Both the position numbers and the translations under genes were made by a program. Under the pieces are notes generated by a model that saw nothing but the letters and a program-made list of their open reading frames with translations, was not told where the DNA came from and searched no databases. From Octopus sinensis (taxonomy: Eukaryota), in assembly GCF_006345805.1 (NCBI RefSeq), contig NC_043002.1:54312001-54376000 (forward strand): 64,000 nt of DNA, written 5' to 3'. Positions 1 to 11,000 of the stretch are shown here, piece after piece. The number at the start of each line of letters is the position of its first letter. Position 1 is the first letter of the stretch.

Positions 1-72
1 GACTTAGCTTTATCAAGGAGGTCCCAGCATGGCTGCAGTCTAATGACTGAAACAAGCATAAGATTAAAAGAT
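1..72 (+). mobile_element. 3' tail of tRNA-derived SINE (family B)
   Basis: ccagcatggctgcagtctaatgactgaaacaag matches the tail of the full copy at 6940-6995. Confidence 0.7.
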
Positions 73-771
73 ATACAAGTAATGCCTTGATATAGAAGTT
101 AATTTGTTCTCAGAGATCGCTTATAAAGTGAAAACTCATAAAGCAGAGCAATAATTTCCCAGAGTAGCAATGTTATAAATTGTAATTTGTTACCAGAAAA
201 ATATTTTACCTATAAAATTTATAACACTATAAATGGCGATAAAACAACAGTAGAATGTAAAGAATATTTTATGTAAAGTAAAAAGAATGTCAAGATCATT
301 TATTATAAAAAATATTATTATAATCATATTTCTGAATCACTTTTACTTTACTAGACTGATGCACACCATTACTCGTAGACGCAATCGCCGATTCACAAGC
401 ACTTGTAGACGAACTTGTAGATTTCTTTTTAAAAACAGGTCAAGAGTTGTTTACTTAGAAGCTTTTTTTGCTCTCTATAAATTTGTTGGTAACACACAGA
501 AGCATCTTTTATGGTAGTAGAAACTTTTGTACTGTGTTCAAAATTTGGATCTTAGCTGTTTAGCCTTTTTATATTTATTATAAAATATATCTCATAATCC
601 TGGAGTCTTGTAAAGTGAGGTATTAGTGTATAATGTGGTACAAAATTACTATTGACAATTACGTTAGATATCTGGAGATTCTAACATGTCATGTATTAGG
701 TTAATTGGATAATGTACCTAATTCCAAACTAAAATGTAATTAATCACTAAGATATTTACATATGTATACCG

Positions 772-1200
772 TTATCATCATTTGAATGTGCACATTCCAT
801 GCCTGCATGAGTCGGACAGAGTTTATTGAGTCAGATCTTCTACAACTGGATACCTTTCTGGTTGTCAACCCCACCTGTTTCCAGCCAAGGTAGTAATTCC
901 CCATGGCAAGACATGTTTTTGCAGAATATTGCAAATGAATGACACTGCTTGTATGACAGTGACACTCATTTACAACTCACACGATAACAAGACAAGGAGA
1001 CACGAACATACACCTATACACACTTATAAATAAATATTTTACATACATGTATATATATACACACAATGAGTTTTTTTCAGTTTCCATCTACCAAATCCAC
1101 TCAAGACTTTGATCGGCCCATGTTTCTAGTAGATGACACTTGCTCAAGTGCCTCACACTGGGACTGAATCTGAAACCATGTGATTTGAATGTGAGCTTAG
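772..1200 (-). mobile_element. SINE family C (family-B head plus RTE-like GAT tail), degenerate
   Basis: Similar to the reverse complement of 13269-13640; head motif tttcagtttccatctaccaaatccactc. Confidence 0.7.
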
Positions 1201-1234
1201 TAGTGGTAGTAGTATGTATGTATATATAAGTATA

Positions 1235-2577
1235 TAGGGTGCGGCTGAAGTAATACCCTTTTGTATTTGAGTTTTCTCGTTTCTAATTGAGTTTTTTTTT
1301 AATAATAATAATAATGAAATTATTGTATATAGTGCTCAGGTGCATCACAACTTGTCAAAAGTGTAAAAAACATATGCAGTAATGTACAAATGTCTGGAAA
1401 GTGAACAGTGTATGAGTCAGATACATGCTTGTGTGTGTATGGAGGGTAGAAAATCAGGTATAGTGTTGGCGGATCTCAGGAAGCATGGAAGTTTTGAACT
1501 AACAACTGATGCCGGCTGTTTGTTCCATACTTCAGCAACTCTTAGCGTGAAAAAATGTTTCTGAAAGTCACGGGAGCTGTGCTGTTTTCTGACTTTGTAA
1601 ACATGTCCACGGGTGTTAGACAGGTGGGGTTTGAAAAGGTGCTCAGAGTAAGATGGTTAATAATTTTATGGGTGTCTGTCAAGTCAGCTGCCAGACGTCA
1701 GAGTTTCAATGTATCCATGCCCAGGGAAGTAAGACGTTCAGAATATGGCAAATGCCTGATGGAGGGTATTCTTTTGGTTGCACGTCGCTAAACGGTTTCC
1801 AGACAATTAATATCCTGGGCAAGATGGGGGTTCCAGACCAGTGATGCAAATTCCAGGTGAGGCCGCATCATAGCTATATAAAGCCTCAGATAGATAGCCG
1901 GAGAGTGGCTTACAAAGGACTTGGTGAGTGATGCCAAGACACCCTCAGCCTTCTTAGCAATTTTAGCAATGTGTTTTGCCCAACGCAAATCGCTGTTGAC
2001 CATAATGCCCAGGTCACGTTCATAAGAAGACTTTTTGAGATTAGTGTTGTGGAGGGAGTAAGTAGACACTGGGTTTTTCCTCCCAAAATGCATGATGGTA
2101 CATTTGTCCACAGCCAGCTTGAGTTGCCAGTCCATCCATGATTCACTGCTGCATTGTGTCTAGGTCTGATTGCAATAAAGATCTATAGTGTACAGGATAT
2201 TTATTTCGAGGTACAGCTTGATGTCATCTGCATATTTCAGCACTGTGGCATTCATTAAGTTGGCATCTATGTCATTAGCATATGCATCAAATAAAAGGGG
2301 GCCAAGAACAGATCCCTGTGGTATACCAGATGTCATCTCATAGGGTGAAGAGTGCTGTCCTAGAACTGTGACAACCTCTTTTTGGCCGATAATGAAGGAC
2401 TTCAACCAGTTATAGAGATCTTTATTTCCTCAAACTTCTGTGATTTTTTTCATTAGTTTATTATTCGTTTCTTTAAGTAATGCAATAAATCTGTATTCAA
2501 TAAAAATTACTTCATAAACATTTATATAATATACAAGTTTATTAAATGCAAAAGGGTGCTGCTTCTGCTGCACCCTG
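1235..2577. mobile_element. Tc1/mariner-type MITE with ~28-bp TIRs, interrupted by a CR1 fragment
   Basis: Left (t)AGGGTGCGGCTGAAGTAATACCCTTTT; right AAAAGGGTGCTGCTTCTGCTGCACCCTG; TA context on both sides. Confidence 0.7.
1301..2420 (-). mobile_element. 5'-truncated CR1-clade LINE (RT C-terminus and 3' end)
   Basis: ORFs 2160..2405 (SGIPQGSVLGPLLF...KYADD) and 1788..2135 (ERDLGIMVNSDLRW...RPHLEFASLVWNP), then QRRATKRIP; (ATT)n tail at 1301-1315. Confidence 0.9.
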
Positions 2578-2995
2578 TATATATATATATATATACACAC
2601 ACACACATACACATGCATGTACATACACACACCTATTGCAAATTGGATCAAGCAGAGTTATGTGCCTTGCTCTAGTAAAATTTGACATTTTCAAGCCTTC
2701 CTATACCTCTCAATGTTATAGCCAGTGCACTTCTCAAAAGCCTCTAATAATGGGACTTCTAACAAAAGAACGAGGCTTCAAGGTTTGGTAGGAAGTGAAA
2801 TAAATAATATTGATTTCTACTGTTGATTCAAGTGTGCAAAGAAGGGTGTAGAACTTGATTGGTACTTTATTTTATCAGCTCTATAAGCATGAAGGACAAA
2901 TTCAGTGTTGGTGGGATTGATCTTAGAACATAAAGTGATATAACTTTGTGCATTTCTGTAGTTTCCAAATAGGTAATATTTTTAACTGTTCCTAG

Positions 2996-3205
2996 GTGGT
3001 GAGCTCTCAAAATTGTTAGCATGCTGGGTAAAATGCTTAGCAAAATTTTGTCCGTCTTTACATTCTCAGCTCAAATTCTGCCAAGGTCGACTTTGCCTTT
3101 CAACCTTTCAGGTTCAATAAAATAAGTACCAGTTGAGCACTGGAGTTGATGTGATCGACTTACCCCTACCCCAAAATTGTTGACCTTGTGCCAAAATTAG
3201 AAACC
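2996..3205 (+). mobile_element. tRNA-derived SINE family A with ~20-bp target-site duplication
   Basis: Similar to 3918-4146; flanked by aatatttttaactgttcctag and aatatttttaaccattccctag. Confidence 0.8.
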
Positions 3206-3282
3206 AATATTTTTAACCATTCCCTAGAACAGTTGTGTGTGATGATTAGTTTTGTTGACAGCATAAATTTTCAAACCACACG

Positions 3283-3430
3283 ATGAGCTTCTTTCAGTTG
3301 CCATCTACCAAATCCACTCACAAGATTTCGATTTAGTAGAAGACACTTGCCCAAAGTGCCACACAATGGGACTGAACCTGAAACCATGTAGTTGGAAACA
3401 AAGCTTCTTTGGCACAGCCATGCCTGCACC
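3283..3430 (-). mobile_element. SINE family B head
   Basis: Similar to the reverse complement of 6611-6760. Confidence 0.75.
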
Positions 3431-3917
3431 TGGGATTGGATGCGAGTTGTCTCACCGGTCTATGACTCAAGTGTTTTACCATCCAGTGCTATGAGTGAAT
3501 CATCCCCAAAGGACTATATCATAGCAAACAAGCAAAAAAATACATTTAAGTGAGTGCAGTTGATAATGTTTACAACACTAGCTTTTAATTCATAATTGAA
3601 TTTAATCTTATGTATGTGTTGTTGCATACAAGCAAATGGTTCTTATACTACTTGTATATAGACATAGACTGGTGATTCAGTTCACCCCTGGTTTGATTAA
3701 GTTACATGATGTTGACAAACCACAAAAATGGCAAAATATTGATCACTTCTGAATGGGATTGGAGGCAAGTTGTCTTGCCTGTCTATGACTTTCAAGTGTT
3801 TTAACACCCTGTGCTAAGAGGGAGTCGTCTCCAAAGTGCTATGCCACAACGAATTTGCAAACAAGCAAACCACTTACATTGAGTATGTGTGGTCAATGAT
3901 ATATATATATATATTAA

Positions 3918-4146
3918 GGCGGCGAGCTGGCAGAAACGTTAGCACGTCGGTCGAAATGCGTAGCCGTATTTCGTCTGCCGTTACGTCCTGAGTTCAAATT
4001 CCGCCGAGGTCGACTTTGCCTTTCATCCTTTCGGGGTCGATTAAATAAGTACCAGTTACCCACTGGGGTCGATGTAATCGACTTAATCCGTTTGTCTGTC
4101 CTTGTTTGTCCCCTCTGTGTTTAGCCCTTGTGGGTAGTAAAGAAAT
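3918..4146 (+). mobile_element. young tRNA-derived SINE family A inserted in (TA)n
   Basis: A box-like TGGCAGAAACGTTAGC and B box GAGTTCAAATTCC; CpGs intact; flanked by TA repeats. Confidence 0.85.
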
Positions 4147-4171
4147 AATATATATATATCTCATTCTCATC

Positions 4172-4176
<5 letters not shown>

Positions 4177-4250
<74 letters not shown>
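4177..4250. repeat. (TA)n(TG)n compound microsatellite
   Basis: seen directly. Confidence 0.95.
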
Positions 4251-4251
<1 letters not shown>

Positions 4252-4253
<2 letters not shown>

Positions 4254-4655
4254 GTCAATTCAAATAAACAGATCAAAAACGAAAGAAAAGAAGAAAAACA
4301 ATGAATGTGAGGACATGCACAAGAAGTATATTAGCTTGACGCTCGGTGAAAGGAGAGAGTTTAATGTTTTGAACATAGTCTTTGTCGGAAAGGAGGAGGG
4401 GAAAAGTCCAAAGAAGGAGAAGAAATCACCAACGGGCTATGTGTAGCTATATATATATATATATATAACGGGAAAGTTTACGAAAATAAACAAAAGACGA
4501 AGGCAGGTGAAGTACAAACAAACAAATTTATTAGTATAGCACTCAGGAATAGAAATAGAAAAAGTCTTTTACATTTCGAGCCTACGCTCTTCGACAGAAA
4601 GATACACAGAAAAAAACAAGGAGAGAAAAAAATGCGTGTAGGAGCTAACGATCTA
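4252..4655 (-). mobile_element. two ~200-nt Penelope-like/retrozyme-like repeat units separated by (TA)n
   Basis: Each unit carries a TTCG..GCTCTTCG.C.GAAAG-type motif, the reverse complement of a minimal hammerhead. The family assignment is inference. Confidence 0.5.
4565..4602 (-). ncRNA. minimal type I hammerhead ribozyme-like motif (A6U core variant)
   Basis: RNA UCUUU-CUGUCGA-A-GAGC-GUAG-GCUC-GAAA-UGUA/AAAGA: 5-bp stem I, 4-bp stem II, GUA cleavage triplet. Confidence 0.55.
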
Positions 4656-4884
4656 TATGTACACACACATTCACACACAAAGACAACTTTTGTATGATTT
4701 GAACTTAAAACATATAGAAACTGTGCATTTCTATAATTGTCTAGCAGTCAGGTAATATTTTTAATTGTTCCTAATGACATTTGTCTGCATTGTTTAGTTT
4801 TATTGACACCATAAATTTTCAAACCAAGCTGCTCATAAACACATGTATATATGTTTGACAATCTGAATTTCTTGTGACAAACAG

Positions 4885-5019
4885 AAGGTGGAGGACGTAT
4901 AATCAATGAAAACAAAGCGCTAACATCAAAAAAGAATAGATACAGCCCCTACAACACATTTCAGAAGTGTCGTATATGCAAATCATCAGTACACCAATCT
5001 GGATCACACTACTGTCAAG
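4885..5019 (+). CDS. CRIPT: CRIPT internal exon (135 nt)
   Basis: acag|AAGGTGGAGGA...TGTCAAG|gtaatt; encodes GGGRIINENKALTSKK...SHYCQ. Confidence 0.95.
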
Positions 5020-8000
5020 GTAATTATCATCATTCATGTATTCCTTTACCCTTGATCCAACCTGTTCCTACCTGAACTTGATACTTGGTGGATTATATAT
5101 ATATATATATATAGCAATAAGAAAATGGAGGGGATCAATAGGTGGTTCATCAACTTTTAGACATTGTATTATGTTAACTTAGTTATTTTGTAATAGTTAC
5201 TGGTATCCTTATATACTTATATATTAATATATTAATATATTTCAGATGTAAAGAATAATATGTTATACATGTATGTACATTCTTGTATTCGTCAATTTAG
5301 TAAATAAATAAATAAGTTAACATAATATAATGTCTAAAAGTTGATGAACCACTTATTGTATTATAAATTATGGTAAAATATTTCTTTACTTTCACCCATT
5401 TAGTACACTATGTTATGTAATTGCAATGCAATAAAAAACACTTGTGTATTAATAATTCTACCAGCAGTATATTGAATAGATATTATCCCTTAGTCGGTTG
5501 GATTCACAACCTCTAACTTTCTTGGAGTTTTATATATATATATATATATGGACACATAAGAGGTGCAGTAATATCAGAGGAAGGTTACTGGGGAAATAGT
5601 TTTTGTGCATGGAAGGTGCACAGGTACAATAAACACTAAAAATATACAGAAAATAAACTCCATCCAATGCCAGCAGGGAAAGCTAGTAGTTGATAGCTTC
5701 TGTTGCTTAGGTGACCAAGTCAGCAGTGGAGGTGGATGCTCTGAGAGCATAGCTGCAAAAATAAGAACAGGCTGGGAAAATTCAGAGAGCTCCTATCTCT
5801 GTTGGTAACAAAGGGCCTCTGCATCAGAGTGAAAGGCAACTGTATGATGCCTGTGTGCAAACAGCCATGCTACATGGCAGTGAAACATGGGCTGTGACTG
5901 CTGAGAACATGCATAGGCTTGAAAGAAATGAACCTAGTATGCTTTGCTAGGTGTGCAATGTCTGTGTGCATGCATGACAGAGTGTAAATGTTTTGATAGA
6001 AAAGCTGGGCATAAGAGGCATCAGATGTGGTGTGCAAGAGAGACAACTGTGCTGATATGGTCAAGTGATGCATATGGATGTGAACAACTGTAAAAAAAGG
6101 TACTGATTTCTAACAGTGGAGGGAACTTGTGGGAAGAGGTAGACAGGAAGACATGGGATAAAGTGGTGAAGCATGATCTTCGAATGTTGGGCTTCATGGA
6201 GGAAATGACAAGTGACCATGACCTTTGGTGATATGCTGTGCTTTAGAAAATGCATCAAGCCAAGTGAAATTATAGTTGTGGCCAATACTGGTGCCACATA
6301 AGTGGCACTTGTGCCAGTAACATGTAAAAAGTACCCCTTGAACGTTGGGCCTCATGGAGGTGATAAGTGACTAAGACCTTTGGTGATATGCCTCGGTTGA
6401 GAAGACTCATCAAGCTAAGTGAAATCATAGTTGTGGCCAATGTTGGTGTTAAGTAACTGGCACCCATGCTGGTGGCATGCAAAAAGCACCCATTACACTC
6501 TTGGAGTAGTTGGCGTTAGGAAGAATGGCATCCAGCTGTAGAAACCATGCCAAATCAGATTGGAATCTGGTGCAGCTTACCAGTTTTCAGTCAAACTGTC
6601 TAACCCATGCCAGGCATGGCTATGTGGTAAGAAGCTTACTTCCCAACCACATGGTTCCAGGTTCAGTCCCACTGTGAGACACCTTGGGCAAGTGTCTTCT
6701 GCTATAGCCTTAGGCCAACCAAAGCCTTGCATGTGGATGTAGTAGATGGAAACTGAAAGAAACCCATTATACATATGTATATGTATGTGATCTTGTGCCT
6801 GCGTTTGTCCCCTCCCAACCACTTGACAACTGATGTTGGTTTGTTTATGTCCCTGTAACTTAGCAGTTCAACAAAAGTGACTGATAGAATAAGTGCCAGG
6901 CTTAAAAAGAATAAATACTGAGGTCAATTCGGCTGAAAGTTCTTCAAGGTGGTGCTCCAGCATGGCCACAGTCTAATGATTGAAACAGATAAAAGATATC
7001 ATCATTATCATCGTTTAACATTCGCCTTCTGTGTTAGCATGGGTGGGATGGTTTCACAAGAGCCAGCCAGGGAGAAGCCTGCACCAGGTTTCTGTGACTG
7101 GATTGACAGGATTTTAACAGCCAGATGCCCTTCCTAAAACCAACCACTCAGCAGAGTGAACTTAGTGCTTTTTATGTGGCACAAGCACAGCGAAGTCAGT
7201 TTTGGCAAGGTTTTTACAGTTGGATACCATTCCAAGCACTAACCACTTTACGGTGTGGACTGGATGCTTTTAAGTGGCACCTGCACTGGCAGGGTCACCG
7301 AGTATTTGCAAGACAAAAAAAAAAGGGAAGGGGCATTGGAAGAGGTGAGCTTATGTTGGATGATGAAAGGTTATAGTGAGACAGAGAGACAGAAACAGGT
7401 GTCTTGCTTGGAGGAAGTTCAAGGTTACCTTGTTGGAGAGAGAGATCGATCAGGAATGAAGGCAGAAATAGGTGAGCTACCGCAAAGGAAACACATGGTT
7501 ACCTAACCTTAGGGAAGTGCAAGAGAGTGAGAGAGAGAGTAGGAGACAGCAGGATAGAGACGGTGGCAAAATGCTGGGCATACTCACAAGGCGCGGGGAT
7601 TGGAATATAAACGGGATGGTTGAATAAAGGAAGAGAGAGATATAGATGGTGCCAAGTGCCAGGGCATACTCTTGAGGTTCGAATACCATAATTTAAGTAG
7701 CAGGATATTGCGAAGGAAGTGTGATGAAAGAGTGCAGGGGAGGGGGAGTGAATGGCGAAAACCTGAGTGTATATAGTCTGTGGGGGCTACCGGATAACAA
7801 TGATACAGAGAACAGGACCATGAGGACAGGATTGGGGAGTGAGAGCTAGGCATAGTGTATGAAGGAGGAAACGTGAGGAAGAGTTGTAGATTGGTTTGTT
7901 GGGGTAGGGTGAGCGAAAAGTTTTCTTGTTATGTGTAGGTGAAACACACAGACCAGCAGATAGCAATAATACAGAGACACAGGGTGTGTGGGTGGAACAC

Positions 8001-11000
8001 ACAGGTTGGGCTAGCGGAGAGCAGTGAAACAGTGGCACAGGGCCAAGAGGACAAGATTGGGGAGTGGGAGGTAAGCATAGTGCATGAAGTGGAAATGTGA
8101 GGAAGAGAAGAGATGTAGTTTGGTTTGTTGTGGTTCATTTTGAGGCGAGTTATCTCACCTGGTCTGTGACATTTTGGTTTTCTTTAACACTCATTTTGTG
8201 TAGGGAGGTTTCCCAGATGTTATCCCATAGCAAACTTGGCTTATAAACAAAACACATACACTGTGCACATGTGATTGATAATATTTACATTACTAGAGCT
8301 TCTTTTGATATGTAATTTAATATGTGTGTGTGTATTGGAATTTTTTTTATCATTTACCCAAAAGGAAAAGCAATGCCCATGACCCTTTGTAGAGCTTCGA
8401 AGACTAGTGAAGAGGGGTGGGAAGGTATACTTCACCAGATACCTAGTCCAAATACCTGCAACAGAATGGACTCTGCTAAAGCCATCCAAGGACCAAATAG
8501 TGATGGTAACCAAGCAATGGGTTAAGTCTAAAACCCAAGTAGACTATGGTAGGATTTAAACACAGAATGACAGGAGCTGGAACAAATATTGCAAGGTATC
8601 CCATCTGATATCTAACAATTTTTCCAGTCCCTGTCCTAGGATTTTGCTTTATTTATTGACCATGGAAGGCTGAAAGAAAAAGTTGACATCAGTGGGATTT
8701 GAACTCAGAACACAGTGAGTCAAAATAAATACCACAGCTCATTTTGTTTATTATATGAAAGATTCTGCCAACTTGTTACCTAGAAAAGTGTTTAAATTGA
8801 ATTAATTTATCGATGACTTTGAAATACAAATTAGCATTGGTATGAAGTCTGAGAATATTGACACAATTTTTTTGAAGTCTTATACTGCAGTATACTAAAG
8901 TATTACACTACATCACTACTCTACATCTCTTCTGCTTGTAGACATAGCTTAGATCCCACATCAAACATGTATCACCCTGGCAGAGTTCATATCTCTCTGT
9001 ATATTATTAATTACAACTGTGGTTGGCGTTAGGAAGGGCATCCAGCTGTAGAAACATTGCCAGATAAGACCGGAGCCTGGTGCAGCCTTCTGGCTTCCCA
9101 GATCCCCGGTCGAACCATCCAACCCATGCTAGCATGGAGAACGGACGTTAAACGATGATGATGATGATGACAGTAACTGAAAAGGCATTTTGCCACCTCC
9201 TCCATCTACAATTTGAAACCAGTTTGCGGAATCTAGTTGCAGGACTCTATAATCCTATGAGGGCCTTTTTAGCAGCTTGGGGTGAGGATTGAGCCCCCAA
9301 TTTTGTTATTTGCCAATACATCAGCTCACCTCATATTCCTAAGATATGATAAAGTAAGAGAACTCTTTAAAAATATAAATATTTTGTATGCACAACTCAT
9401 TATTTACATAACAATGGTACAAGGTTGAAGGCCTGACAATAATTATGAAGGTACCAATACATTATGAATAAATATATGACTGTGTGGTTAAGAAGTTTGC
9501 TTGCAATCTTGTGGTTTCATGTTTACTGTTTAAATACACTGATGTTGACCAATTGAAATCTCACAATACCACTTGTTTTAAGACTTTTATTAGGATTTCA
9601 ATTTAAATATGAACATTCAATTTCAAAGTCATCGATAAATTAATTCAATTTAAACACTGCTCATGCAGTGTTAAAAGGTTAATGCATCAGACAAATTGTT
9701 CTGTTATCTTTACATTGGTAACCATGAGCTTTAGCTTACTATATAAGCAATAAAGCTGATGGATATGGCTAGTATATAAAAGTTTAAATATCAAACTGAC
9801 AGCTACCTTCAGTTTTCACCCCTCTCCTTTCAATTAGTATTTGCAGTTATTGTTTTGGTCCAAGTCCACCTTGATTAAGCAGACTTATTATCCGATATTC
9901 TAGATGTGACCATCCCATCTTTATTCAAGCATTTTTGTGTATGTTAGTTAGGTCTATAGTAAAGAATAGTGTACATGGCCTTTATTGGCTCTCCAAATCT
10001 TGTGAGTTTGATGTCATTCTGCTCACACTGTTGCAAGGCAATGACTGTAGGAAAGATGTGTTGACAAGTGCAGAGAGGGAATTTCAAAGGTGGGATGGAA
10101 CGGGACAGTGTTCTGGAGATAGCAGTTTAGTGTGAAATCTGGGGGATATTGGATACAACATGGGTAGTAAGAGAAGGGAAGACAAGAAGTTGAGTATGCT
10201 TAAATGGTGGTAACACAAGACCAGCCATCACTGAGGAGCTGAGGCTGTTATAGAAACATCTGGGGGCAAGATTTAATGGAAATTTAGGTGCATTTTCTGG
10301 TAGGAGGAGCAACCATATAGAAGCCTTGTTGGTTCATTACTTATCCAGTTGTATTTAACACTGCTCTAATGTTTTCTGTTATTTTCATGCAATATTATTT
10401 ACCTCTTTTCCCATAACATAATCTTTTATCCTTTTCTTTTGACAGCTTGTGCATACAAGAAAGGTAAGTAGCTACCCCTATTTTATACTTTATGAGCATA
10501 TAAGCAAATGAATGTGCGTATGTGTGACTATGTGGTATGTTGTTTTGGAGTTCCAAGTCAGCCCTAACTGAGCAGACCTATGAGCAAAAGTATTCTAGCA
10601 ATAAGCAACTGACCATTTTGTGTAGCTTGGACCATGTTGTTTGCCATGATCTATTTATTTTTAAGACTAGTGTGTGTAGTTCCTGAGAAGTCAATTGCTG
10701 TTTTTAGCTGGATGGATGGCCATATTGAGTTTGCCTTGTTTGTTTTAATATTATGCAATGCTATGTTGACTTTCATCCTGCCTAACAAGCTACAGATTTC
10801 AGGAAAAATTAAGTGAATATTATCAGATTTGACTTTCTTAGACTCATGAAAAACTCACATCTCTTCATATTTATCTTATCAAATTATTGCAAATCTATTT
10901 CTGCTAGCACCAATTCAGCCCTGATCAAGTAGACCTATGATATTATATCTTGATACACTGCCTTCTACTGTAGTAACCTGTTAGTCATAGTTTCTCCTTC

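Noticed and set aside
287-517. 76-aa ORF as a CRIPT 5' exon or separate gene
   Set aside because: No resemblance to the CRIPT N-terminus (MVCEKC...TPDTWK) and no consistent splice phase.
3918-4010. tRNA gene (A and B boxes present)
   Set aside because: No cloverleaf, and it continues into a multi-copy SINE body; the same applies to the other SINE heads.
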